64,000 nt of DNA from contig CBDDBZ010000004.1 in the NCBI GenBank assembly GCA_965225945.1, positions 1 to 64,000 on the forward strand, given 5' to 3'. The stretch's first letter is position 1. Each line of letters opens with the position of its first letter. The translations under genes were made by a program, and so were the position numbers. The notes under the pieces were generated by a model, which worked only from the letters and a program-made list of their open reading frames with translations, was not told the DNA's origin and did no database searches. Shown piece after piece: positions 19,678 through 30,233 of this stretch. The stretch is from Alphaproteobacteria bacterium (GTDB taxonomy: Bacteria; Pseudomonadota; Alphaproteobacteria; GCA-2731375).

Positions 19678-20439
19678 ATGGAATTGACGACGGTGGTCTA
19701 CGAGAAGCGAGGGGCCATCGCCCATGTCACGCTCGATCGCCCGGACAAACTCAACGCCATGAATGCGGCCATGCACGAGGAGCTCGGCCGCGTCTGGGAC
19801 GACTTTCGAGACGATCCCGCCTTGCGGGTCGCGATTCTATCGGGGAAGGGACGATGCTTCAGCGCCGGCGCCGACCTTTCCGCCGGGCCACCGACCGGCC
19901 GCTATCGCTACGACGGCGACTTTCCGGACATCACCAGGACACGACCCCTGTACAAACCCATCGTGGCCGCTCTACACAGCCATGTTGTCGGCTATGGGAT
20001 GTGGATCGCGTTGGATTCGGACATCCGAATCGCTGCCGAGGACACCTCCTTCTGGTTGCCCGAGCCGCAATGGGGCATCACCACGATTCCCGCCGCGTGG
20101 TTTCCCAAGCTCATGCCCTGGGCGATCGCCTCCGAACTGTTGCTGCTCGCCGAGCGAGTCGATGCACGTCGCGCTTATGAGGTCGGTCTGGTCAACAAAG
20201 TCGTGCCCCGGGATCGGCTGCTCGCGGATGCGGAAAAGGTCGCGGACCGGCTCGCGGAGCTCAGTCCAATGGCGGTGCAGGGGATGAAGGAGGCGATGGT
20301 TCGAGGCGGCAATCTGGACTACGGGGCCATCGACGGAATTACGGAGCAGGTTCAAAACCGGGTCATGAACTCGCAACAGCGACAGGAAGGCGGGCGGGCG
20401 TTCGTGGAGCGACGGCCCGCCCGCTGGCCATCGAGCTGA
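19678..20439 (+). CDS. Enoyl-CoA hydratase/isomerase family
   Basis: LDRPDKLNAM, FSAGADL, KPIVAA, FWLPEPQWG. Confidence 0.92.
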   Translation: MELTTVVYEKRGAIAHVTLDRPDKLNAMNAAMHEELGRVWDDFRDDPALRVAILSGKGRCFSAGADLSAGPPTGRYRYDGDFPDITRTRPLYKPIVAALHSHVVGYGMWIALDSDIRIAAEDTSFWLPEPQWGITTIPAAWFPKLMPWAIASELLLLAERVDARRAYEVGLVNKVVPRDRLLADAEKVADRLAELSPMAVQGMKEAMVRGGNLDYGAIDGITEQVQNRVMNSQQRQEGGRAFVERRPARWPSS

Positions 20440-20562
20440 TGGGATCCGGGGCGCGGCCCGGCGGCGGGGCCGGACGACGCGCCATTGTATCGCGATGTTT
20501 GGTTAATTAGCATAAGTCCATGGGAGGCCGTCGGACACTCGACCGATGCGCCTTGGATAAAC

Positions 20563-21171
20563 ATGGCGAAGGAGAAAGTCCGCATGGCTTGGGAAATCGC
20601 TGGTCGGAGCATGGAGCTCTGTAGCTGCAAGATGCTCTGTCCCTGTTGGCTGGGACCGGAGATCCAACCCGATGAAGGCTGGTGCGGTGCCACCTTCGGC
20701 TTCGAGCTGCAGCGGGGAAATTCCGCCGGCGTCGATTTGAGCGGCACGAAGGTCGCAATGATGTTCGAGTGGGAAGGCAACGGCAAGGCCCGGGTCTATC
20801 TCGACGCGGCCGCCTCGGATGAACAACGGGGCGCGCTGGAGAAGATCTTCGGCGGCCGGGACGGCGGCCCGTTGGAGCCGCTGTTCGGCGCGGTGATCGC
20901 CGAGTGGCTGCCCTCGGAGGTCGTGACGCTCGACATCGATTGGGGCGAAAACCCGACCTTGCGGGTCGGCGACGTCGGCCAGGCCAGTTTGAAGCGGCTG
21001 AAGGACGCCACCGGCCAGGCGACCCGGGTCACCGGCTCCGCCGCCCAGGCAGGCTTCCAACTCCCCAGCATTGACCTGGCCAGCAGCGCCGGCAGCCGGA
21101 TGTCCGACCCGGATCTCCGTAGCTGGGAAGGCAGTTCCGGAACGCTTCACGAGTTCGACTGGAAGAGCTGA
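20563..21171 (+). CDS. DUF1326 metal-binding protein
   Basis: W.I.G...E.CSC..LCPC, G...GVDLSG, ASDEQR.ALE.IF.G..GG. Confidence 0.85.
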   Translation: MAKEKVRMAWEIAGRSMELCSCKMLCPCWLGPEIQPDEGWCGATFGFELQRGNSAGVDLSGTKVAMMFEWEGNGKARVYLDAAASDEQRGALEKIFGGRDGGPLEPLFGAVIAEWLPSEVVTLDIDWGENPTLRVGDVGQASLKRLKDATGQATRVTGSAAQAGFQLPSIDLASSAGSRMSDPDLRSWEGSSGTLHEFDWKS

Positions 21172-21375
21172 AGCATCGCCCGACCTGGCGGAACGGCCGA
21201 GCTTTCCTCGCACATCGCGGTGGGCGTCGATACGAGCGAGCGGAGCGGAGCGTGGCAATTCAGGCGGCTTTGACGCGCCGCCTCGGATCGCCACGGCTCT
21301 CCGCGCCCTCGACCACGTGGCCGAGGCGCCCGCTCGCCTCTTGAACCGAATTCAGTTTTGCCGCAGGTTTCGAGC

Positions 21376-22302
21376 ATGGCCGAGCGGGGGATCTCGTTGC
21401 CGCCCTTCGCGGCGTTGCGCGCGTTTCACGCAGCGGCGACGCATGAGCGCTACCGGGACGCGGCGGCGAGCCTCGGAATCACCGAATCCGCCATCAGCCA
21501 CCAGGTCAAGCGGTTGGAGGGCTTTCTCCAGGTCGCGCTGATGGACCGCTCCGGCGCGAGGGCACGGCTGACCGACACGGGCCGGCGCTATCTGGACGAG
21601 ATCGAGCCGGCGCTCTTGCGGATCCAGGCGGCGAGCGAGGCCATCCGGCCGAGCGGCGGGCGCGCCGTCGCCCGACTGACGCTTCCCCCCTCCCTCGCCG
21701 CCACCTGGCTGATCCCGCGCCTCGGCGCCTTCGAGCGGGCGCGGCCGGAGATCGAGCTGCAACTGATCACCTCGACCAGGGTGGTCGATCTCCGCCGCGA
21801 GCGGGTGGATCTGGCGATCCGCTGCGGGCGCGGCGCCTGGCCGGGGCTCAAGGCGAGCTTTCTCCTGGAGGAGACGGCGATGCCGGTTTGCGCGCCCGGC
21901 TATCTGACCCCGCCCGAAGGCCCGCCCGGTCCGCACCTGCTCCGCGACGTCCGCTTCATCGTCAGCGGCAATTTCCCCGATGAGTGGGAGGAGTGGGCCC
22001 GTGCCCATGGCATCGACCCACCCGCACTCGCCGACTCGGTCGTGCTCGACGCCCAGGAGCAGGCCCTCCAGCTCGCCGAGAACGGCCACGGTCTGGCCAT
22101 GGGCCGGCGCCCGGTGGTCGACGATTGGCTGGCGAAGGGCCGCCTCGTCGCTCCCTTCGGCACGGCCGACCCGACGGGTGCCGCCTACTATCTCTGCAAG
22201 CCCGAGGACCAGACACCAACCGCCGCCGCGCGCCACGTCGAGCGCTGGTTGATGGCGGCCGGCGCGGCTTGGCGCGACGATCCCCCAACGCACCCATCTT
22301 GA
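21376..22302 (+). CDS. LysR-family (GcvA-like) regulator
   Basis: LPPFAALRAFHAAA..AAASLGITESAISHQVKRLE, WLIPRL..F. Confidence 0.93.
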   Translation: MAERGISLPPFAALRAFHAAATHERYRDAAASLGITESAISHQVKRLEGFLQVALMDRSGARARLTDTGRRYLDEIEPALLRIQAASEAIRPSGGRAVARLTLPPSLAATWLIPRLGAFERARPEIELQLITSTRVVDLRRERVDLAIRCGRGAWPGLKASFLLEETAMPVCAPGYLTPPEGPPGPHLLRDVRFIVSGNFPDEWEEWARAHGIDPPALADSVVLDAQEQALQLAENGHGLAMGRRPVVDDWLAKGRLVAPFGTADPTGAAYYLCKPEDQTPTAAARHVERWLMAAGAAWRDDPPTHPS

Positions 22303-22312
22303 ATTATATTCA
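22300..22312. promoter_or_regulatory. LysR-type T-N11-A box upstream of the CmcJ-like gene
   Basis: tgaa-ttata-ttca; a similar tgaa-ccgaa-ttca at 21342-21354 precedes the LysR gene. Confidence 0.5.
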
Positions 22313-22417
22313 TATCGAGCTGAAGCGAACTCGATCGCATTCGCCCCGCCCCTCGCCCATCTTAGGTTGGAGAAGAGGATGCGGCTCCGGCCGCCCCGCC
22401 AACCGAGGATCAGATCG

Positions 22418-23281
22418 ATGTACCAGACGCTCGCCACCGCCACGCCGACCGCCACCGCAATCGCCAGCACCGAGGTAAGCGGCGCGCTCACCTTCATTCG
22501 CCCGCCATCGCGCAAGCCCGTGTTCCACAGCTCCGCGCTGACCGGCGACAAGCCCGCGTTCTTTTTCGAATCCGAGATCCGCGAGGTCCCAATCGCCGAC
22601 ATGCGCGACGTCGCCGACGATTTTTCGATCGACCGCGAGGGCTTCGAGCTGCTCGAACACCGGACCGCCGTCGCCGACCTCCACGACGACGCGGCGGTGC
22701 GCGGGGACTATTACCGGGAGATCGAAGAACTGCTCCGCCGGCGCTTTGGCGCCAGCCGGGTGGCGATCTTCGACGCCACGCGGCGCTCCGATGCCGGCGA
22801 CGGCGCGGCCAACCCCGTGGGCCGGCACGGCCCGGCCAGGCGCGTCCATGTCGACTACACGACCAAGAGCGGCCCGCAACGGGTCAAGGACATCCTGGGC
22901 GAGGCCGAGGCCGAACGTCTCGCCGCGAGCGGCGCCCGGATCATCCAGGTGAATGTCTGGCGGCCGATCCAGGGACCCGTCCGGCGCGCGCCGCTGGCGC
23001 TCGCCGATGCCGCGAGCGTCCGGCCGGCGGAACTGGTCGCCACCGATCAGGTGTTCCCGAACCGGGTCGGTGAGATCTATCACCTGGCCCACGCGCCCAC
23101 GCAACGTTGGTATTACGCGCCCCTGATGACGCCGGACGAGGTGCTGCTGATCAAGGGCTGGGACAGCCTGGACGACGGCCGCGCCCGCTTCACTCCCCAC
23201 TCCGCCTTCGACCTGCCGGAATCCGAAGAGGCACCTCCGCGCGAAAGCATCGAGCTGCGCGCCCTGGTGGTGATCGAGTAG
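22418..23281 (+). CDS. CmcJ/NvfI/AsaB-family non-heme oxidoreductase
   Basis: DREGF.L, RVHVDYT, VNVWRPI, PLALADA.SV, WYY.P.M, PHSAF, RESIELR. Confidence 0.88.
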   Translation: MYQTLATATPTATAIASTEVSGALTFIRPPSRKPVFHSSALTGDKPAFFFESEIREVPIADMRDVADDFSIDREGFELLEHRTAVADLHDDAAVRGDYYREIEELLRRRFGASRVAIFDATRRSDAGDGAANPVGRHGPARRVHVDYTTKSGPQRVKDILGEAEAERLAASGARIIQVNVWRPIQGPVRRAPLALADAASVRPAELVATDQVFPNRVGEIYHLAHAPTQRWYYAPLMTPDEVLLIKGWDSLDDGRARFTPHSAFDLPESEEAPPRESIELRALVVIE

Positions 23282-23348
23282 GCACATCCTCTACGCGGGC
23301 GGCGGCCATCGCGGGCCGCCGTCCGCGAACGTCACCCGAGTTAGCGCG

Positions 23349-24089
23349 TCAGAGCGCCACGACCATGCCGTCGTAGGCCGTCTCCTCGGGGATCTCGTCC
23401 TGGCGCGCCGGCATTTCGCGCCCGAAGTGGGTCAGTATCATGCGCTTGGCCCCCAGCTCGTGGCTGTGCGCCACGATGTCGGGATAGTTCAGATGAAAGG
23501 GAATCGGCCTTTCATAGTCGTAACACTCGGCGACCAAGAGGTCGGCGTCGCGCGCCAATGGCGCCATGTGCTCGGTCCAGGCGCCGTCCCCGGTATAGGC
23601 CACGACCTTGTCGGCGACTTCGACCCGGACCGATGTCGGGTTGGTGCCGCGCGTGTGCGCCGCCGGGTAGGCGGTCACGGTCAGCGGGCCCACCGGCGCC
23701 GGTCTCAGCAGCGGCAATTCCACGTATTCGAGTTGAAACTTCGGTGACATCGCCGCCATCCCGGGGAACAGCGCCTCCGAAATCTCAGGCAGGCGCCGGG
23801 CGCAGTCCCGGGGACCGGCGATGGTGAGCGGCCGGTCGCGCTTGGCGGCCAGCATGGCGTCCAGCAACAGGAAGGGGATACCGCCACAATGATCGCCGTG
23901 GAGGTGGGTCAAGACGATGGTGTCGATGCTGTTGTGCTCGATTCCCAACCGGTTGAGCGCGATCAGGCTGGAGGCGCCAAAGTCGATCGCGAAGCGATGG
24001 CCCGGCGCATCCACCAGAATGCAGGTCTGAAAGCGGCCGCCGACGCCGAAGGCATCGCCCGAGCCGACGAAGGTGACCGTGACGCTCAT
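23349..24089 (-). CDS. MBL-fold metallo-hydrolase (RNase Z-like)
   Basis: GSGDAF..GGRFQTC, THLHGDHCGG, YTGD, LTH. Confidence 0.9.
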   Translation of the reverse strand: MSVTVTFVGSGDAFGVGGRFQTCILVDAPGHRFAIDFGASSLIALNRLGIEHNSIDTIVLTHLHGDHCGGIPFLLLDAMLAAKRDRPLTIAGPRDCARRLPEISEALFPGMAAMSPKFQLEYVELPLLRPAPVGPLTVTAYPAAHTRGTNPTSVRVEVADKVVAYTGDGAWTEHMAPLARDADLLVAECYDYERPIPFHLNYPDIVAHSHELGAKRMILTHFGREMPARQDEIPEETAYDGMVVAL

Positions 24090-24100
24090 GGCGTCGAGGC

Positions 24101-25117
24101 CTATTCGGCCGCCGACGCGAGAGTTTCGAGCGCGCGGAGCTCGCGGGTCTCGCCGATTCTCATGGTCCAGGCGTTCTCCTCGCCCCAACCCGCCGCCAGT
24201 GCCGCCCGCTCGAAGCGTGGCCCGGCCTCGAAGGGATCCTCGGGCGTCAGTTTCACCGTCGCCCAATGCATGGCGACGGCGCGGCGCGCGCCGACCTGGC
24301 GGGCGATGTCGATCGCCTCTTCCGGCGTGGCGTGAGACGATTTCATGATCTCGCGCGGTTCATAGGCGCCGATCCCGATCAGCGCCAGATCGAACGGACC
24401 CTCGCGTCGGCCGATCTCCTCGAACACCGCGCCCGCTGCCGTGTCGCCCGAGAACCAGAGCTTCAAATTCTTGGCCGTAATGGCGAAGCTGGCCCAGAGC
24501 GTGCGGTTGCGATCGCGAATGCTTCGGCGCGAGAAGTGCACCGCCGGCAGCGCGGTCACTTGGAGCGGCCCCACCTCTCGGCGTTGCCACCAGTCCATCT
24601 CGATCACCCGGGTGTAGCCGCGCGCGGTGAAATAGGCGGCGAGGCCGAGCGGTACGACCACCACCATCCGATCCTTGCCCGCCAGCTTGTCGATGGTGGC
24701 GAGGTCGAGGTGATCGTAGTGATTGTGGCTCAGCACCAGGAGATCGATCGGCGGCAGTTCCTCGACGGGAATCGGCGGTGGCGCCAGGCGCTTGGGCCCG
24801 AAGCCCATGGGTCCGGCGTTGGCGCCCAGGAAGGGATCGGTCAGCACGGTTTGCCCGTCGAGCCGGATCAGGAAACTCGCATGGCCGAGCCAGGTGAGCG
24901 AGGGGTTGGCGGCGGCGGACAGGTCGCGGCGCGCCGCCTCGCCGTCCAGCATCACCTCGGGCCCGGGCACGTGGCGCTGCTTGTCGGTGTATTGGCCCCA
25001 GAAGAACCGGGCCATGGTGGCGAAGGAATGCTCGCGCGCGGGACTGCCGGGCGGATTGCGGAAGGTGCCGTCGGGCGCGTGATGGGCGGGCTTGGACGCG
25101 GTCATCTCGACCCCCAT
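24101..25117 (-). CDS. MBL-fold metallo-hydrolase (RomA/NAPE-PLD-like)
   Basis: TWLGHASF, LTDP, SHNHYDHLD, FSGDT, IGAYEP, MHW. Confidence 0.9.
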   Translation of the reverse strand: MGVEMTASKPAHHAPDGTFRNPPGSPAREHSFATMARFFWGQYTDKQRHVPGPEVMLDGEAARRDLSAAANPSLTWLGHASFLIRLDGQTVLTDPFLGANAGPMGFGPKRLAPPPIPVEELPPIDLLVLSHNHYDHLDLATIDKLAGKDRMVVVVPLGLAAYFTARGYTRVIEMDWWQRREVGPLQVTALPAVHFSRRSIRDRNRTLWASFAITAKNLKLWFSGDTAAGAVFEEIGRREGPFDLALIGIGAYEPREIMKSSHATPEEAIDIARQVGARRAVAMHWATVKLTPEDPFEAGPRFERAALAAGWGEENAWTMRIGETRELRALETLASAAE

Positions 25118-25214
25118 ATCCCTCGTGCCACGGCTCGCCTGGGCGAGACAGGATCGCACCGGAGTATAGCGGTTCCCCTCGCCAGCCGCTTTCGCCCCTC
25201 GCTTCTCGCGTTTC

Positions 25215-25601
25215 CTATCCCGCGAGCGAGAGGCGGAGACACATCCCGGCCGAGAGGCCGAGCATCGCCAAGGTCAGCACCATGCCGCCTGCGCGGCCGA
25301 AACTGCTGCCTTCGACGCGGGAGAGGGCGAAGGCATGCAGCGCACGGCCGACCAGTAGCATCCCGCCGAGCCCGTGCAGGATCCACGCCTCGGTTCCGCC
25401 CGCCTCCAGCACCAGAAGGAGGACGAGGCCGATCGGCGCGTATTCGACCAGGTTGCCCTGCGCCCTGACACGCCGCTCGAAGGCCGGATCGCCGCCCGTG
25501 CCGAGACTGATCCCGCCGGCGCGGCGAGCGGATATCACCCTCGCCGAAAGGAAGAGCAGAAGGAAGGCCAGAAGCGCGGCGTAGAAAGCGGTGATTTGCA
25601 T
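25215..25601 (-). CDS. MAPEG-family membrane protein
   Basis: RAQGNLVEYAPI, GRALHA; four TM segments. Confidence 0.88.
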   Translation of the reverse strand: MQITAFYAALLAFLLLFLSARVISARRAGGISLGTGGDPAFERRVRAQGNLVEYAPIGLVLLLVLEAGGTEAWILHGLGGMLLVGRALHAFALSRVEGSSFGRAGGMVLTLAMLGLSAGMCLRLSLAG

Positions 25602-25681
25602 GTCGTGTCCCTGGTCGGAGGCGGCGTCACATCCCTATATGGTCATTTCCACCGCCTGAATCACCATCTGTTCCGCCCGCC

Positions 25682-27082
25682 TCAAACCAGGCGTTTGACC
25701 TGGGGGGCGGCGGCGATGCGCCCGCCGCCCCGATAGGCTTCATGATTCTTCTCGATGTCGGCCAGGCGATAGAGATAGTTCACCATGATGCCGGCCGATT
25801 GCTTCATGCCATTCGCCGAGGTGTCGGCCAGCCAGTTGATTCGCTCCAGCCTGGCGCCGTTCGAGAGGTGAAAGTGGCCGACGGGATCGCGCGCCCGGCC
25901 CGCCTCGTCCGCCCCCAACAGATACGTCGCCGCCAAGCGTTGCAGGATCGGCCGGAGCGCGGCCGCGAGCTCGGCGTCCTCCGCCCAGTCGGCCCGCGCG
26001 AGCAGCGAGCGGAGCGCCGCCGACGCCTCCTCAAGGCCGGCCTGCTCGCGCAACACCTCGGCCTCGCCTGAGCTGAAGACGTCCTCGCCGTCGCGCTCCA
26101 TGGTGCTGATCAGCCATCTCATAAAGCCCGGCGCGGGCGACAGTGTGGCGAAGTTCTTGAGCGTCGGCAGCGAGCGTTGCAGGTCGTCCGCTACCCGCTT
26201 GATCAGGAAGTCGCCGAAGCTGACGCCGACGAGGCCCGCCTGTGCGTTGGAGATCGAATAGAAGATCGCCGTGTCGGCCGCTTCGGGATCTTTCTCGGGC
26301 GCCTCGTGGTCCAAGAGTTCCTGCACGTTGCCGGACATGCCCTCGACCAGCGCCACCTCAATGAAGATCAGCGGCTCGTCCGGCATGCGGGGATGGAAGA
26401 AGGCATAGCACCTGCGATCCGAATCCAAACGGTTCTTCAGATCCTCCCACGACCGGATGCGGTGAACCGCCTCGTAGGCGATCAACTTTTCCAACAGCGC
26501 CGCCGGCGATTCCCAGGTGATCCGGGCGAGATCGAGGAAGCCGATGTCGAACCAACTGGTCAGCAGTTCGCGCAGATCGACGTCGAGCCGGCGGAGCGCC
26601 GCGTCCTCGCCCGTATCGAGCGCCAGCAGGTCGGCCCGCATGTCGACCAGGAACTTGACACCCTGCGGCAGGGCGTTGAATTGGGTCAGGAGCTTGGTGC
26701 GCTGCGGCAGCAGGTCGCGCCGGAGCTGGCGCAGCGCGTCGCGCCGCCTCTCTTCGTCCTCGGCCTCGCTCACTCGGACGAGGGCGGCGTCGAGAGCGTT
26801 GGTTTCGACGTCGTAATCCTCCGCCAGCACCTGCAGGAAGCGGGCCCTGCCCACTTCTGTGAGCCCGAGATAGCTTTGTCCCAGGTCCGCCGCGCGCACC
26901 CGCGCCGAGACCTCGCCGCCCTTGGCCGTCAGGCAGGCGTCGATCTGGCCCTTCAGACGCGCGACATCGCCCTCCGGCAGATCCGGGGCCACGGTGAGGC
27001 CGGGCGGCCGGCCGCGCCAGACCTGGCGCAAGTTGGAGAGCGTCCGGTCTATGAAGCCGGCGGCGTCGCTACGGTTGCTCAT
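25682..27082 (-). CDS. Malonyl-CoA decarboxylase
   Basis: YEAVH.I.SW.DLKNRL, EPLIFIEVAL, FYSISN.Q.GL.GVSFG, TLSP.PGF, FHLSNGARL. Confidence 0.95.
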   Translation of the reverse strand: MSNRSDAAGFIDRTLSNLRQVWRGRPPGLTVAPDLPEGDVARLKGQIDACLTAKGGEVSARVRAADLGQSYLGLTEVGRARFLQVLAEDYDVETNALDAALVRVSEAEDEERRRDALRQLRRDLLPQRTKLLTQFNALPQGVKFLVDMRADLLALDTGEDAALRRLDVDLRELLTSWFDIGFLDLARITWESPAALLEKLIAYEAVHRIRSWEDLKNRLDSDRRCYAFFHPRMPDEPLIFIEVALVEGMSGNVQELLDHEAPEKDPEAADTAIFYSISNAQAGLVGVSFGDFLIKRVADDLQRSLPTLKNFATLSPAPGFMRWLISTMERDGEDVFSSGEAEVLREQAGLEEASAALRSLLARADWAEDAELAAALRPILQRLAATYLLGADEAGRARDPVGHFHLSNGARLERINWLADTSANGMKQSAGIMVNYLYRLADIEKNHEAYRGGGRIAAAPQVKRLV

Positions 27083-27140
27083 GATGGGCCTGAAATTGGA
27101 GCGCTACGTCCGCGTTACAAGGATAAGTCCTCGGATCCGA

Positions 27141-28622
27141 TCATTCGGCGAGGCGGCGTAGCACATTCGGCAGCATCTCCGCCAGATCCTCCGCGATCAG
27201 GCCCGGACCGAAGGCATTCGCGCAAGCACCATGCAGCCAGCAGGCGGCCGCCGCCGCCTCGAAGGCGGGCATTTCCTGGGCCAGCAGGCCGACACAGAAG
27301 CCGGCCAACACGTCACCGGAACCGGCCGTCGCCAGCGTCGCCGGCGCGTTCACGTTGATCACGGCGCGGCCGTCCGGCGCCGCGACGACGGTATCGGGAC
27401 CCTTGAGCAGCACGACGGCGCCCGAGTCGGCCGCCGCGCGTCGCGCCCGGGCGAGCTTGCCGCCGTCGAGCGCGGGGAACAGCCGGCGAAATTCGCCCTC
27501 GTGCGGCGTCAGAATGCAATTCTCGTTCAGCGCGGCGAACAATGCCTTCCTCGCCCGCGCGAAGACGGTGATGGCGTCGGCGTCCAGCACCACCCGCTTG
27601 CCCAGGCGGAGCGCGGCCAGCGCATTCTCACCGGTCGCCTTGTCGACGCCGTTGCCGGGGCCGACCAGGACGGCGTCGAGGCGCGGATCGCGGATCAATC
27701 GGGCGAAGCCTACGGGACCGTCGTGCGCCCGCGTCATGACGGCGGTGAGCTGGGCAGCGTTCTCCGCCAGGGCCGAGCGCGGACAGGCCACCGTGACCAG
27801 GCCGGCGCCGATCCGCAGTGCCCCTCGCGCGGCGAGTCGCGCCGCCCCGCTCCGCCCCCTCGGGCCGCTGGCGACGACGGCGTGACCGCGATCATACTTG
27901 TGCGATTGCGACGCGGCGATAGGCAGGTCCGGCCGCCAGAGGCTGGAATCGTTGATCCAGGCCAGCGGGCGAAGGCGATCGAGCACGGCCTCGGGGATCG
28001 CGATGTCGATCACGCGGATCTCGCCGGCGAGCGCCCGGCCGGGATAGAGATAGTGGCCCGGCTTGGGGCGAAAGAAGGTGATCGTCATCTCCGCCGGCGC
28101 GGCATAACCGCGCACCAGGCCGCTGTCGCCGTCGACGCCGCTCGGCACGTCGATGGCGACGATTTTCGCGCTCCCCCCGGCCGCCGCCTCCAGCGTCGCC
28201 CGCCCGACGCCGGCCAGATCGCGGGAGAGGCCGGCGCCGAACAGCGCGTCGACCACCAGGTCCGCGCCCTCGACCACCGCCGGCGACAGCGCCTCGACCT
28301 TGCGGCGCCAGCGCCGGGCCATCAGCGCCGCGTCGCCCTTTAAGGCCGCCCGCTCGCCCAGCAGCGCCAGGCGGACTTCGGCGCCGGCTCGGGCCAGATG
28401 GCGGGCGATGACAAATCCGTCGCCGCCGTTGTTGCCAGGCCCGGCGAGGATCACCGTCGCCCGGGCGCCGAAGCGTTCTAGGATTTCGCGCGCGGCACCG
28501 GCGCCGGCGTTCTCCATCAGCGTCGGCCCGTCGATCCCGGCATCCATCGCCGCCCGGTCGGCCGCGTTCATTTGCTCGACGCCGAGGACGGCGTGGTGCC
28601 TCGCCTCTCCCGCCGCCGGCAC
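27141..28622 (-). CDS. nnr: Bifunctional NAD(P)H-hydrate epimerase/dehydratase
   Basis: LMENAG, GPGNNGGDG, DALFGAG, AIDVPSG, HKYDRGH, LTPHEGEF, LATAGSGDVLAG; start uncertain (28622 or 28571). Confidence 0.93.
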   Translation of the reverse strand: MPAAGEARHHAVLGVEQMNAADRAAMDAGIDGPTLMENAGAGAAREILERFGARATVILAGPGNNGGDGFVIARHLARAGAEVRLALLGERAALKGDAALMARRWRRKVEALSPAVVEGADLVVDALFGAGLSRDLAGVGRATLEAAAGGSAKIVAIDVPSGVDGDSGLVRGYAAPAEMTITFFRPKPGHYLYPGRALAGEIRVIDIAIPEAVLDRLRPLAWINDSSLWRPDLPIAASQSHKYDRGHAVVASGPRGRSGAARLAARGALRIGAGLVTVACPRSALAENAAQLTAVMTRAHDGPVGFARLIRDPRLDAVLVGPGNGVDKATGENALAALRLGKRVVLDADAITVFARARKALFAALNENCILTPHEGEFRRLFPALDGGKLARARRAAADSGAVVLLKGPDTVVAAPDGRAVINVNAPATLATAGSGDVLAGFCVGLLAQEMPAFEAAAAACWLHGACANAFGPGLIAEDLAEMLPNVLRRLAE

Positions 28623-28627
28623 CGGCG

Positions 28628-30031
28628 TCAGCCGAGATCGGGTCGCCGGCCGATCGGACGCGCGGCCTGATAGGCGGCGGCGGCGCGCAGCACTAGGTCC
28701 TCGCGGAAATTGTCGGCGACGATTTGCAGGCCGACCGGCAGCCCCTCCGGGGTAAAGCCGCAGGGGATGGAGCAGGCGGGCTGCTGCGTGAGGTTGAAGG
28801 GATAGCTGAAGGGCGTCCACTCCAGCCAGTAGCCGACTCGGCGCCGGTCGGCTGGATGCAGGCGGCCGACGTCGAAGGCCGCCACCGCGAGCGCCGGCGT
28901 CAGCAGCAGGTCGTAATTCTGGTGGAACAGCCGCATGTGCATGCCGAGATCGAAGCGACGGGCGGCGGCGACATGCGCCTCGGCCGCCGTGATCTGGCAC
29001 CCCTCGGCGATGATCTCCCGCAACTCGGGATCCATCAGGGCGATCTTCTCATCGCCGTAGGCGCCGAAGGCGCCGGCCGCGCCGACCCACCATAGGGTAC
29101 GGAAGATCTCGGTCGGATCCTCGAAGCCGGGATCGACCTCCTCGACGACGGCGCCCATCTCCTCGAAGCTCTCGGCCGCGTCGGCGACCAAGCGGGCGAC
29201 GTCGGGATCCACCCGCGCATGGCCGAGGGCCGGCGAGAAGGCGATTTTGAGGTCGCGGACACCCGCCTCCAGAGAGGCGGTGAAGTCGATTTCCCGATAG
29301 GGCAGCGCGCTCCAATCGCGAGGGTCCGGTTCGGCGATGACGTTCAGCATCAGGCCTGCGTCCTCCACCGTCCGGGTCAGCGGCCCGGTGTGCGAGAGCG
29401 TGCCCATGGCACTCGCCGGCCAGGAGGGGACCCGACCGAAATTCGCCTTGATGCCGAAGCAGCCCGAGAAGGCCGAGGGGATGCGGATCGAGCCGCCGCC
29501 ATCGGACCCGATGGCGAGCGCGCACATGCCGGAGGTCACGGCCGCGGCCGCGCCGGCGGAGGAGCCGCCGGGCGTCTTCGCCGGGTTCCAGGGGTTGCGG
29601 GTGGTACCGGTCAGCGGTGAATCGCCGAGACCCTTCCAGCCGAACTCCGGCGTCGTGGTCTTGCCCAGAAGAATCGCTCCGTGCTCCCTCAACCGTTCGA
29701 CGCAGGGCGCGTCCACGTCCCACGGGCCTTCCGCGTCGGTGGTGAGGGAGCCCCTGAGCGTCGACCAGCCCTTGGTCGCCATCAGATCCTTGATCGAGGT
29801 CGGCACGCCATCGACCAAGCCCTTGGGCTCAGCCCGTCGCCAGCGGGCCTCCGAGGCCCGCGCCTCGGCCATCGCCGCCTCGGAATCGACCAGGCGGAAG
29901 GCGTTGAGGGTGCCGTCGACCGCATCGATCCGGGTCAGCACGGCTTCCGTCACCTCGACCGGCGACAGATCGCCCTTGGCGTAGCGGGCCACCAGCTCCA
30001 CCGCCGACAGGTAAATCAGCTCTTCGGACAC
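28628..30031 (-). CDS. Amidase signature family protein
   Basis: GVP.SIKDL, TPGGSSAG, GSDGGGSIRIPS. Confidence 0.95.
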   Translation of the reverse strand: MSEELIYLSAVELVARYAKGDLSPVEVTEAVLTRIDAVDGTLNAFRLVDSEAAMAEARASEARWRRAEPKGLVDGVPTSIKDLMATKGWSTLRGSLTTDAEGPWDVDAPCVERLREHGAILLGKTTTPEFGWKGLGDSPLTGTTRNPWNPAKTPGGSSAGAAAAVTSGMCALAIGSDGGGSIRIPSAFSGCFGIKANFGRVPSWPASAMGTLSHTGPLTRTVEDAGLMLNVIAEPDPRDWSALPYREIDFTASLEAGVRDLKIAFSPALGHARVDPDVARLVADAAESFEEMGAVVEEVDPGFEDPTEIFRTLWWVGAAGAFGAYGDEKIALMDPELREIIAEGCQITAAEAHVAAARRFDLGMHMRLFHQNYDLLLTPALAVAAFDVGRLHPADRRRVGYWLEWTPFSYPFNLTQQPACSIPCGFTPEGLPVGLQIVADNFREDLVLRAAAAYQAARPIGRRPDLG

Positions 30032-30233
30032 GAGGGTCCCTCCCCGATGCGCGAATGCGGGTCGCGGAAGCTTCTATCATTTTGCATCGCCGCGCAAAGC
30101 GGGTGAACATGGCGCGCGATGCGCCGGGGGTAGATTGAGCGCGCGCGATCGAGGCCGCGTTCGAGCACGACATGGACGGGCTCGATTCCGTCGGCCCCGG
30201 GTTCCGAGCGCACCCAGCGAGGAGGAAATCCCC